Origin: an uncultured Clostridia bacterium
GTDB lineage: Bacteria; Bacillota; Clostridia; TANB77; CAG-508
Direction: 5' to 3'
DNA length: 64,000 nt
Assembly: GCA_947625645.1 (NCBI GenBank)
Contig: CANQPE010000002.1
Location: 22,981 to 86,980, forward strand
Of the stretch, positions 19,726 to 28,248 are shown piece after piece. The position numbers and the translations under genes are program-made. Numbering within the stretch: the first letter of the stretch is position 1; the number at the start of each line of letters is the position of its first letter. The notes under the pieces were generated by a model. That model worked only from the letters and a program-made list of their open reading frames with translations, ran no database searches and had not been told where the DNA came from.

Positions 19726-21018
19726 TTATTTTTGTTTTGGGCAACAGATTTTTTCTAAACCACCCATATATGGTCTTAATACTTCAGGGACAATCACACT
19801 ACCATCAGGTTGATAATGATTTTCCATGATAGAGATTAGCATACGAGGTGGGGCAACAACCGTATTATTCAATGTATGAGCAAAGTAAGTTCCGTTTTCT
19901 CCTTTAATACGAATTCCTAAGCGGCGTGCTTGGGCATCTGTTAGGTTAGAGCAGCTACCAACTTCAAAATACTTTTTCTGGCGAGGAGACCACGCTTCAA
20001 CGTCACAAGATTTTGCTTTTAAATCAGCTAAATCTCCAGAGCAACATTCTAACGTACGCACAGGAATATTCATACTCCTAAAAAATTCTACGGTATAAGA
20101 CCACATTTTTTCATACCAATCCCAACTATCTTCAGGTTCACAAACGACAATCATTTCTTGCTTTTCAAATTGATGGATGCGGTAAACGCCACGTTCTTCT
20201 AAACCATGAGAGCCTTTTTCTTTTCGGAAACAAGGAGAATAAGAAGTCATAGTGTATGGCATATTTTCCTTTTTTAGAATTTGGCCTTTAAACTTTCCAA
20301 TCATAGAATGTTCACTTGTACCAATTAAGTACAAATCTTCACCTTCTATTTTATACATCATAGCATCCATTTCTTCAAAACTCATAACCCCGGTTACAAC
20401 ATCACTTCTAATCATATAAGGGGGAATGCAGTATGTAAATCCTTTTTGAATCATAAAATCTCTTGCATATGTTAAAACAGCAGAATGCAATCGTGCAACA
20501 TCACCTAATAAATAATAAAAACCTTGTCCAGCAACGCGCCTAGCACTATCTAAATCTAAGCCACCTAAGTTTTCCAAGATATCAGCATGAAAAGGAATAT
20601 CATAAGGAGGAACGATAGGGTCACCAAACTTTTGGATTTCCACATTCTCACTATCATCTTTTCCAATAGGAACGGAGTCATGCATGATGTTTGGAATTTT
20701 CATCATTCTACTTTGAATTTCTTGTGTATAGGTATGTTCCAATGCTTCATTTTCTTCTAACTTTTTATTAATGTCTTGGACTTGAGCCTTAACCACTTCA
20801 GCCTCTTCTTTTTTGCCATTTTTCATCAAACCACCAATTTGATTGCTAAGAGAATTTCGTTCTGCACGCAACTGATCACCTTCTAATTTGGCTTTACGGC
20901 TTTTAGCATCAAGTTCAATCACTTCATCAACGAGAACCAACTTTTGGTCCTGAAATTTCTTTCTAATATTGTCTTTGACAACATCAGGATTTTCCCTTAA
21001 AAATTTAATATCAATCAT
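19726..21018 (-). CDS. serS: Serine--tRNA ligase
   Basis: N-terminal coiled-coil arm; class II motifs; AGGAGGTAA RBS 5 nt upstream. Confidence 0.9.
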   Translation of the reverse strand: MIDIKFLRENPDVVKDNIRKKFQDQKLVLVDEVIELDAKSRKAKLEGDQLRAERNSLSNQIGGLMKNGKKEEAEVVKAQVQDINKKLEENEALEHTYTQEIQSRMMKIPNIMHDSVPIGKDDSENVEIQKFGDPIVPPYDIPFHADILENLGGLDLDSARRVAGQGFYYLLGDVARLHSAVLTYARDFMIQKGFTYCIPPYMIRSDVVTGVMSFEEMDAMMYKIEGEDLYLIGTSEHSMIGKFKGQILKKENMPYTMTSYSPCFRKEKGSHGLEERGVYRIHQFEKQEMIVVCEPEDSWDWYEKMWSYTVEFFRSMNIPVRTLECCSGDLADLKAKSCDVEAWSPRQKKYFEVGSCSNLTDAQARRLGIRIKGENGTYFAHTLNNTVVAPPRMLISIMENHYQPDGSVIVPEVLRPYMGGLEKICCPKQK

Positions 21019-21038
21019 AATTACCTCCTACTGAGCCA

Positions 21039-21102
21039 GGAACAATTAGGGACGTATCTTTTTTGTCCCTGAGGGACAAAAAAGATACGTCCCTAATTGT
21101 CC
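21039..21102. repeat. Palindromic repeat element copy 2, short form
   Basis: Same arms, loop tgag; lies between the DUF1653 gene and the serS RBS. Confidence 0.9.
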
Positions 21103-21109
21103 TTTGGGT

Positions 21110-21367
21110 TTATATATAATTTTTTTCAATTTCGTCTACAAGTACAAAGCGTGTTTTTTGTCCTGTAATATTGTCTGGTCTTTCAGGAATTTCGGATAAA
21201 AACATTTTTTCTGGTCTTACCCATATGGTACGACCGTCGTCTCTATGATATAAAGGTTTGTATATTACCATTCTTTCTTTGGTTTCCGAGTCATATCCTA
21301 CATTTTCTACAAAATAGTAGTTTCCTTTGAAATGGCGATAGACTCTACCAACTTTTACTTCTTCCAT
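21110..21367 (-). CDS. DUF1653-family small protein
   Basis: YRHFKGNYYFV...W(V/I)RP motif typical of DUF1653. Confidence 0.55.
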   Translation of the reverse strand: MEEVKVGRVYRHFKGNYYFVENVGYDSETKERMVIYKPLYHRDDGRTIWVRPEKMFLSEIPERPDNITGQKTRFVLVDEIEKNYI

Positions 21368-21507
21368 ATATTTTCACATTCCTTTCTGGGGCGAATTGAA
21401 TCAACGCAATTTGCCTTTGATTTTACATAGTCTTATTATATACTATTTTCTTATAAATAGCAATAAATTGGGTAAAATAAAATGGAAGAAATTGAGAGGA
21501 GAAAACG

Positions 21508-22347
21508 ATGGTTTACGAATGGATTCAATTTATAGTGTATACAGGTCTGATTGTAGTTATTTCTAAATATGTGTTGGTAGTTATTCTTAGAAAATTGGCA
21601 GAAAATTTGGAATTAAAGGCGACAACTGTGGGGAATATTGCAGGGGCTGCTACTTCAGTACCAGAATTGCTTACAATTACAATATCAAGCATGAAAGGGT
21701 TAATGGGGGCCAGTATTTACAACATATTGAGTTCAAATGTGATTAATTTTTTACAGTATATTGCTTCTATTGTAGTTAATAAAAATAGAAAGGCATTTCA
21801 AAATTTAGCAATTCAAATCGATATTGTACTAGTGGTGGTAACAATTTTGATACCAATTGCTTTATTATGGCTCAATATAGGATTGAATTTGTATATAATA
21901 CCTATTTTTGTTCTGCTGTACGCATTGTTCCAGTATATTAACCATAATGCCCATAAGTTATATTTGCAACAAGAGGAAGAAAAGTTAAAAAAACAAATTG
22001 ATGAAGAGAAAGAAGCAGAAAAAGGAAATACGAGGAAAACAGTGTTATATGTAGTAATTTTGTTGTTGGTAGGGACTGTGCTATTTGTTGTAGGAGATTT
22101 GTTAGGAGAGACAATAGAAAGTTTGGCACAACATTTTGAAATTTCACAGACAGTGATTGGTATTTTATTAGGAATTGCAACAAGCATACCAGAATTGATT
22201 ACTTTTTTTGAATCGCAGAAACACTATACTTCAAAACATCATGAAATTTTAGGTGTTGTAGAAGCGACTAACAATTTATTGACATCAAATTTATTGAATT
22301 TATTTGTCATTCAAACAATTGGCATTTTAATTGTAGCTTTCAGTTAA
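21508..22347 (+). CDS. CaCA-family (sodium/calcium exchanger-like) membrane protein
   Basis: Two alpha-repeat motifs GNIAGAATSVPELLTI and GILLGIATSIPELITF. Confidence 0.6.
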   Translation: MVYEWIQFIVYTGLIVVISKYVLVVILRKLAENLELKATTVGNIAGAATSVPELLTITISSMKGLMGASIYNILSSNVINFLQYIASIVVNKNRKAFQNLAIQIDIVLVVVTILIPIALLWLNIGLNLYIIPIFVLLYALFQYINHNAHKLYLQQEEEKLKKQIDEEKEAEKGNTRKTVLYVVILLLVGTVLFVVGDLLGETIESLAQHFEISQTVIGILLGIATSIPELITFFESQKHYTSKHHEILGVVEATNNLLTSNLLNLFVIQTIGILIVAFS

Positions 22348-22413
22348 AAATGGCTTGACAATTGAAAAGAAACAAGCTATACTTTCGGAAGAGGGTAGGG
22401 AGAGTGGCAAGAT

Positions 22414-23286
22414 ATGAATAAAAAAACGATAGTGATAATAGGTGTATTGACGCTAATGATGATCATGTTAGCAATTGCGGCATATTTCCTTTTCATAGAC
22501 ATTCAATCAAAAGTACCAAAAACAATAGAAGAAAAATATGAAATTCAAATTACAAAATATGATAATAGAAACGTATTTACAATTTGTCCAAAACAGGGGA
22601 AAAATGAACAGTATATATTATATTTTCATGGTGGATCTTATATGGCTGAGATGACAGATGATCATTGGAAATTTTTAGATAGACTCATGCAAGAAACAGG
22701 AAATTCGGTTATTGTGCCAGATTATCCGTTGACACCAAAATATAATTATAAAGATGTATTTGAAATGGTGGTGCCAATGTACCAAGAAATTTTACAAAAG
22801 ATACCACCTGAAAATATCATTATGATGGGAGATTCAGCAGGTGGTGGTCTAGCGTTGGCTTTAGAAGAAAAATTGGGGGAAGAAGGCATAGAGGTACCTA
22901 ACCAATTAATTCTCATATCACCATGGTTAGATGTTACAATGTCAAACCCTGAAATTGAAGAATATCAAAAGAACGATAAAAATTTGAATAAAGAGGCATT
23001 AAAAGTAGCTGGAATGGCATATAGCGGAGCAGACGGAATGGAAAGTTATTTGGTCAATCCCATTAAGGGACCAGTACATAAGCTAAAAAATGTTACTATC
23101 TATACGGGAATGTATGATATTTTAAATCCGGATGCAAGAAAGTTTGCAGAGCGTGCCAAAGAAGAAGGCGTAGAAATTACGATAAAAGAATATGAAGAGG
23201 CAGAGCATATTTGGCTAATATACCAGGAAGGTGAATTAGCAGAACAGGCATTTCGAGACTTAATCGGGCAAATAACGAAGTTTTAG
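22414..23286 (+). CDS. Alpha/beta-hydrolase fold esterase/lipase (HSL-like) with N-terminal membrane anchor
   Basis: HGGSY oxyanion motif, GDSAGG nucleophile elbow, downstream D and H. Confidence 0.75.
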   Translation: MNKKTIVIIGVLTLMMIMLAIAAYFLFIDIQSKVPKTIEEKYEIQITKYDNRNVFTICPKQGKNEQYILYFHGGSYMAEMTDDHWKFLDRLMQETGNSVIVPDYPLTPKYNYKDVFEMVVPMYQEILQKIPPENIIMMGDSAGGGLALALEEKLGEEGIEVPNQLILISPWLDVTMSNPEIEEYQKNDKNLNKEALKVAGMAYSGADGMESYLVNPIKGPVHKLKNVTIYTGMYDILNPDARKFAERAKEEGVEITIKEYEEAEHIWLIYQEGELAEQAFRDLIGQITKF

Positions 23287-23331
23287 AACGACTATGAAGT
23301 AAGAACGAAAAATGATAAAGGATGTGATTCT

Positions 23332-24300
23332 ATGAACGAAAAAAAGAATGAAATTGTTTTATTTGAAAATCAAGGAGTAAAATTAGAAGTAAATCTAAAA
23401 GATGAAACAGTATGGCTTAATTTAGAACAAATGGCTGAATTGTTTGGAAGAGATAAGTCTGTTATATCAAGGCATATAAAAAATGTGTTGAATGAAGAAT
23501 TACAAGACGAACAGGTTGTTGCAAAATTTGCAACAACCACTAAACATGGTGCTATTGAAGGGAAAACGCAAACACATTTGGTAGATTATTATAATCTTGA
23601 TATGATAATTTCTATCGGATATCGTGTAAAATCATCTAATGGTATTATTTTTAGAAAATGGGCAAACAAAATATTAAAAGACTATATGTTAAAAGGATAT
23701 GCTGTAAACCAAAAAAGACTAGAATATTTAGAGAAAACAATAAAAATAATAGACATTGCAAATAGAATAGATGAAAGATTAGAAGGAAATGATGCAAAAG
23801 AAATATTAAAAGTAATTGGAAATTATTCAAAAGCACTTGATTTATTAGATGACTATGATCACAGAACATTAAAGAAGATAGACGGAAATATAGATGAAAG
23901 AAAAATTGAGTATAAAGAATGTTTAGAAGTCATCAATAAATTAAGATTTAATGAAGAAAGTTCTTTATTTGCAGTAGAAAGAGATAAAGGATTGGAATCA
24001 ATTATAGGTAATATCTATCAGAGCTTTGCTGGACAAGACATCTATAAAAGTGTAGAAGAAAAAGGAGCAAATTTCTTGTATTTAATAGTAAAAAATCATG
24101 TATTTGCAGATGGTAATAAGAGAATTGCAGCTACATTATTTATATATTTTTTAAACTTTTATGGAATATTATATAAAAATGGAAAACATATAATTGATAA
24201 TAATACTCTAGCTGCACTTACTTTATTAATAGCAGAATCAAATCCAAAGGAAAAAGATGTAATCATAGACCTAGTAATGAATTTTTTGAATAACGAATAA
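23332..24300 (+). CDS. RhuM-family protein carrying a C-terminal Fic/Doc motif
   Basis: N-terminus LEQMAELFGRDKSVISRHIKNV...YNLDMIISIGYRV (RhuM-like); C-terminal HVFADGNKR matching HxFx(D/E)GN(G/K)R. Confidence 0.6.
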   Translation: MNEKKNEIVLFENQGVKLEVNLKDETVWLNLEQMAELFGRDKSVISRHIKNVLNEELQDEQVVAKFATTTKHGAIEGKTQTHLVDYYNLDMIISIGYRVKSSNGIIFRKWANKILKDYMLKGYAVNQKRLEYLEKTIKIIDIANRIDERLEGNDAKEILKVIGNYSKALDLLDDYDHRTLKKIDGNIDERKIEYKECLEVINKLRFNEESSLFAVERDKGLESIIGNIYQSFAGQDIYKSVEEKGANFLYLIVKNHVFADGNKRIAATLFIYFLNFYGILYKNGKHIIDNNTLAALTLLIAESNPKEKDVIIDLVMNFLNNE

Positions 24301-24351
24301 AAAATTAATTTCTAACATTATTGTTACATAATAAAAATTAGGAAAAACTAC

Positions 24352-24379
24352 TTGACAAATGAAAAAAATATGATATAAT
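24352..24379 (+). promoter_or_regulatory. Sigma-A-like promoter of the infC operon
   Basis: TTGACA, 16 nt, TATAAT. Confidence 0.45.
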
Positions 24380-24380
24380 A

Positions 24381-24530
24381 GTAGCGTTACAAGAAGAAGA
24401 CATCAAACTTCTCACCTTATCCGCAGGAAAAAGGTTAAAAATGCGAAAATATAATATATATTTGCTTTTTTTGTGGTTTGATGAATTGGCTTGTAACGCA
24501 AGTCAATTTTTTGTTATATGGAGGTGTTTC
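24381..24530 (+). ncRNA. Ribosomal protein L20 autoregulatory leader (infC leader)
   Basis: Long-range complementary segments gtagcgttacaag (24381-24393) and cttgtaacgcaag (~24490-24502) upstream of infC-rpmI-rplT, as in Firmicute L20 leaders. Confidence 0.5.
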
Positions 24531-24533
24531 ACG

Positions 24534-25043
24534 ATCAAACAAGAATTACCAATTAATAGTCAAATCAGAGAAAAAGAAGTTCAATTAATAGGAGTAAATG
24601 GTGAAAAATTAGGTGTGATGGAAACAAGGGCAGCAATACAATTAGCAGAAGAGAAAAACTTAGATCTTGTGTTAGTATCACCAAACAGCAGACCAGTGGT
24701 TTGCAAAATTATGAATTATGGAAAATACAAATTTGAGCAAGCCAAAAAGGAAAAAGAGGCAAAGAAAAAACAAAAAGTCTTAGAAGTAAAAGAATTACGT
24801 GTTACTCCAAACATTGAAGAACATGACTTTGGATTCAAGGCAAAGAATGCAAGAAAATTCTTAGAAGCAGGAAACAAAGTGAAAATTACACTTCGCTTTA
24901 GAGGAAGAGAAGTAAACAATTTAAAATCAGGAGAACTTGTGTTAAACAAATTTATACAAGAATTAGAAGATGTTAGCGTTGTTGAAAAACAGCCTAAATT
25001 GGAAGGTAGAAATATGTTTACAATTTTAGCAAAAAAAGCATAA
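24534..25043 (+). CDS. infC: Translation initiation factor IF-3, probable non-AUG (AUC) start
   Basis: [28 protein letters not shown] matches the IF3 N-terminus; GGAGGTG RBS 6 nt upstream of the ATC; the ORF-track ATG at 24441 lies inside the leader. Confidence 0.75.
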   Translation: MKQELPINSQIREKEVQLIGVNGEKLGVMETRAAIQLAEEKNLDLVLVSPNSRPVVCKIMNYGKYKFEQAKKEKEAKKKQKVLEVKELRVTPNIEEHDFGFKAKNARKFLEAGNKVKITLRFRGREVNNLKSGELVLNKFIQELEDVSVVEKQPKLEGRNMFTILAKKA

Positions 25044-25066
25044 AAAACGAAAGGGAGGAAAGAGTT

Positions 25067-25270
25067 ATGGCAAAATTAAAAACAAATAAAGCAGCTAGCA
25101 AAAGATATGGAATTACTGCAACAGGTAAAATAAAAAGAACAAAAGCAAATAGAAGACATTTATTAGCAAACAAAACAAGCAGACAAAGAAAATCAGGAAA
25201 AATACAAAATGCATATGCTGATAAATCATGCAAAAAAACAATCAAAAAATTACTACCATATGGTGGATAA
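25067..25270 (+). CDS. rpmI: 50S ribosomal protein L35
   Basis: [14 protein letters not shown]...; size and position between infC and rplT. Confidence 0.85.
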   Translation: MAKLKTNKAASKRYGITATGKIKRTKANRRHLLANKTSRQRKSGKIQNAYADKSCKKTIKKLLPYGG

Positions 25271-25294
25271 TCGAGTTAAGGAAGGTGAATAAAA

Positions 25295-25645
25295 ATGGCA
25301 AGAGTAAAAACAGCAAGAACAACAAGAGCAAGACATAAAAAAATATTAAAACAAGCAAAAGGATATTTTGGAGCAAAACATTATCGTTTTAGAAATGCGA
25401 ACCAAGCAGTGTTAAAGTCATTATCATATGCTTATGTAGGAAGAAAAGACAAAAAAAGTAACTTTAGAAAATTATGGATAGCAAGAATTAATGCAGCAGC
25501 AAGAATGAATGGAATTACGTATAGCAAAATGATTGCAGGACTAAAAAAAGCGAATGTAACAATTAATAGAAAAATGCTTGCAGATTTAGCAATTTCAGAT
25601 CCAAAAGCATTTGCAGAAATTGCAGAAGTAGCAAAAAAAGCATAA
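25295..25645 (+). CDS. rplT: 50S ribosomal protein L20
   Basis: [29 protein letters not shown]... Confidence 0.9.
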   Translation: MARVKTARTTRARHKKILKQAKGYFGAKHYRFRNANQAVLKSLSYAYVGRKDKKSNFRKLWIARINAAARMNGITYSKMIAGLKKANVTINRKMLADLAISDPKAFAEIAEVAKKA

Positions 25646-25651
25646 AATAAA

Positions 25652-25698
25652 AAATGAACTAGATGTGTTGACATCCAGTTCATTTTTTGTAGATACAC
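25652..25698. terminator. Bidirectional hairpin terminator between rplT and spoVAEb
   Basis: aaaaaatgaactagatgtgttgacatccagttcattttttgt. Confidence 0.5.
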
Positions 25699-25700
25699 AA

Positions 25701-26093
25701 TTACTGTTTTTTCATTTTTGGTTTTGAAATTAAAGAAGCAATGTATCCAAAAAATACAGCAGCAGCAATTCCACCAGCAGCAGCTTTTACACCACCTGTG
25801 AAGGCGCCAATAAGACCAGATTGTTGCACTCCTTCAATGGCACCTTTAGCTAAATTGTAGCCAAAACCAGTTAAAGGAACAGTAGCACCAGAACCAGCAA
25901 AATCAACAAGATATTGGTAAATGCCCAATCCACCAAGAATGGCACCAGTCGTAACGAAAATAACTAAAATTCTAGCAGGAGTCAATTTTGTTTTATCAAT
26001 TAAAATTTGACCAATGACGCAAATAACACCACCAACCAGAAAACATTTCAAAAGAGACATCCAACTAAACACTTGAACCCAATCAATATTCAT
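25701..26093 (-). CDS. spoVAEB: Stage V sporulation protein AEb (SpoVAC/SpoVAEB family)
   Basis: Small four-TM protein with G-rich helices; follows spoVAD. Confidence 0.75.
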   Translation of the reverse strand: MNIDWVQVFSWMSLLKCFLVGGVICVIGQILIDKTKLTPARILVIFVTTGAILGGLGIYQYLVDFAGSGATVPLTGFGYNLAKGAIEGVQQSGLIGAFTGGVKAAAGGIAAAVFFGYIASLISKPKMKKQ

Positions 26094-26107
26094 GACATTT
26101 CATCCTT

Positions 26108-27118
26108 TCACACTTCAATACTAATTGCATGTGCAATACCAGGAATACTTTCACCTTGTTGAGAGCTTGTTGAATTCATAAGAGCACCTGTTGCAACAAG
26201 CAATAATTTTTTAATTTTTTTATCATGCAACTGTTTAAATAAATAACCAGAAAAGACACTACCACAACAACCACAGCCACTACCACCAGCATGAGTATCT
26301 TGAGAATTTTTATCAAAAATTAATACACCACAATCATTATAATTCGATTTAATATTATAACCTTGTGAACGTAAAATATCAATGGCAATTTCCTTTCCAA
26401 TGTGGCCTAAATCACCACTAATAATAGCATCATAGTAACTAGGATTTCTGCCAGTATCTATGAAATGACTTACCACCGTATCTGCAAACGCAGGAGCCAT
26501 TGCAGCACCCATATTATTAGCATCTTTAATTCCCATATCTACAATTTTACCAGGTGTAATACATGTAATAAAAGGACCCTGTCCAGTTTTTGTCAAAATG
26601 GTAGCACCTGCCCCCGTAACAGTCCATTGTGCAGTAGGGGGACGTTGATTTCCCAACTCTAACGGAAAACGAAACTGCTTTTCAGCACTACAAAAATGAC
26701 TGGAAGTAGCACACAATACATTATTAGCAAAACTTTCAACGCAAATACTACCCAATGCCATAGATTCTACAAAAGTAGAGCAAGCCCCAAAAACACCAAA
26801 GAATGGCAAATTTACTTCACGAAGCCCAAAACTAGAAGAAATACATTGGTTTAGTAAATCACCTGCAAAACAGCAGTCAATCATTTCAGAAGGAACGCCA
26901 GATTTACTAATGACTGTATTAACGGTTTCTTTAATAATTTTACTTTCCGCTTTTTCCCAACTTTTTTCACCCCAAAACTCATCTTCTAGTGTCTGGTCAA
27001 AATATTTAGCCAAAGGACCTTGCGCTTCCTTAGGGCCAACAATGCTAGCACAATCCAAAATTGTTGGAGGGGCATCAAATTGAATCGTTTGTTTACCTAA
27101 TTTTTTCAAAAATATCAA
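26108..27118 (-). CDS. spoVAD: Stage V sporulation protein AD
   Basis: Thiolase/KAS-III-like fold, ~336 aa, alignable with SpoVAD (…GDLLNQCISSSF…, …AHAISIEV C-terminus). Confidence 0.85.
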   Translation of the reverse strand: MIFLKKLGKQTIQFDAPPTILDCASIVGPKEAQGPLAKYFDQTLEDEFWGEKSWEKAESKIIKETVNTVISKSGVPSEMIDCCFAGDLLNQCISSSFGLREVNLPFFGVFGACSTFVESMALGSICVESFANNVLCATSSHFCSAEKQFRFPLELGNQRPPTAQWTVTGAGATILTKTGQGPFITCITPGKIVDMGIKDANNMGAAMAPAFADTVVSHFIDTGRNPSYYDAIISGDLGHIGKEIAIDILRSQGYNIKSNYNDCGVLIFDKNSQDTHAGGSGCGCCGSVFSGYLFKQLHDKKIKKLLLVATGALMNSTSSQQGESIPGIAHAISIEV

Positions 27119-27140
27119 CTCCTAACTTGACTAAATAAGG

Positions 27141-27205
27141 GGAACAAATAGGGACGTATCTTTTTTGTCCGTTAGGGACAAAAAAGATACGTCCCTATTT
27201 GTTCC
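27141..27205. repeat. Palindromic repeat element copy 3, short form with CAAATAGG variant arms, inside the spoVA operon
   Basis: ggaacaaatagggacgtatcttttttgtcc / gtta / gggacaaaaaagatacgtccctatttgttcc; lies between the spoVAC stop and spoVAD start. Confidence 0.9.
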
Positions 27206-27221
27206 ATATGTGGTCAAAATT

Positions 27222-27704
27222 TTATACTAAAGTTATACTTTGCGTGTTAAAGATTAAATATACGAGACCGACTAAAATGGAGGCTGAAATGCCAAACACT
27301 AAAACTGGTCCGGCAACGGTGAACATTTTTCCTCCCACACCCATAACATAACCTTCTGATTTGTATTCCATGGCAGGTGAAACAATTGAGTTTGCAAAAC
27401 CTGTGATAGGAATTAAAGAGCCTGCCCCTGCAAACTTACCAATTTTATTAAAGATATTTAATCCAGTTAAAAATGCAGAAATTCCAATTAAAATAATGGA
27501 AACAATTGTCCCGGAAGTGGTAGTGTCTAGACCACGTTGTTTGCAGATATTAGCAATAATTTGACCAATGGTACAGATAAGACCTCCAACCCAAAAAGCA
27601 TTGAAGCAATTTTTTAAAATAGGAGAATTGGGAGATTTTTTATCAACATACTCTTGGTATTTTTGCTTACTTTCAATGGGACTTGAAGAATTTGAATTCA
27701 TCAA
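27222..27704 (-). CDS. spoVAC: Stage V sporulation protein AC
   Basis: SpoVAC/SpoVAEB family membrane protein, ~160 aa. Confidence 0.8.
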   Translation of the reverse strand: MMNSNSSSPIESKQKYQEYVDKKSPNSPILKNCFNAFWVGGLICTIGQIIANICKQRGLDTTTSGTIVSIILIGISAFLTGLNIFNKIGKFAGAGSLIPITGFANSIVSPAMEYKSEGYVMGVGGKMFTVAGPVLVFGISASILVGLVYLIFNTQSITLV

Positions 27705-27922
27705 TTTTCCCCCTTTCGGTTTAAATCTAGAACAAAACTTAAGTCTAAATCGACATAATATTCTGCGATTTTATTACCATCAATTTTTGCATATTGATTT
27801 AAAATTTTAACACTTGATAAATAATCAATTGTTTTGGAAGCTTCTGAAACTGCCTTTACAATAGCATCTTTCCACGAAATGTTTGAGTTCCCAGTAACAT
27901 TTAAGTGTTTTTCTATTTCCAT
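27701..27922 (-). CDS. Dodecin-like small protein, first gene of the spoVA operon (stop overlaps the spoVAC start)
   Basis: HLNVTGNSNISWKDAIVKAVSEASKTIDYLSSVKILN...YYVDLDLSF resembles the dodecin fold. Confidence 0.45.
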   Translation of the reverse strand: MEIEKHLNVTGNSNISWKDAIVKAVSEASKTIDYLSSVKILNQYAKIDGNKIAEYYVDLDLSFVLDLNRKGEN

Positions 27923-28036
27923 AACTTATATCCATCCTTTCTAAGGCAAAAGTGTTTACCTTTACAAAATTTTCTGATAATATTTTTTACCGATTTTTGA
28001 AAAATTATACAAAATTGAATAACAAAATCATTTTTT

Positions 28037-28116
28037 GGACAATTAGGGACGGGACAATTAGGGACGTATCTTTTTTGTCCATCAGGGACAAAAAAGATAC
28101 GTCCCTAATTGTCCCC
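28037..28116. repeat. Palindromic repeat element copy 4, short form with a 14-bp partial left-arm duplication
   Basis: ggacaattagggac + gggacaattagggacgtatcttttttgtcc / atca / gggacaaaaaagatacgtccctaattgtcccc. Confidence 0.9.
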
Positions 28117-28120
28117 AAAA

Positions 28121-28248
28121 AAAAAATAAAAATTTGCACGAAAAAGAAGATTTGAATCGTTTTATCAATGAAAGAGGAAAAAAGACAGCTAAAAGGGGAG
28201 GCATAGAAGAGAAAGTGGAAAACAAAAAAATAAAGGGAGGGATTTTTC
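28121..28248 (+). pseudogene. Remnant of the ECF sigma-factor 5' region (promoter/UTR and first 7 codons), fused to the paralog-1 start
   Basis: About 90% identical to 30494..30612, including a GTGGAAAACAAAAAAATAAAG start remnant that runs into a stop. Confidence 0.6.

Noticed and set aside
24441-24533. ORF-track ATG start for infC at 24441
   Set aside because: The first 31 codons (MRKYNIYLLFLWFDELACNASQFFVIWRCFT) do not resemble IF3 and lie within the leader pairing region. Alignment begins at the ATC at 24534.
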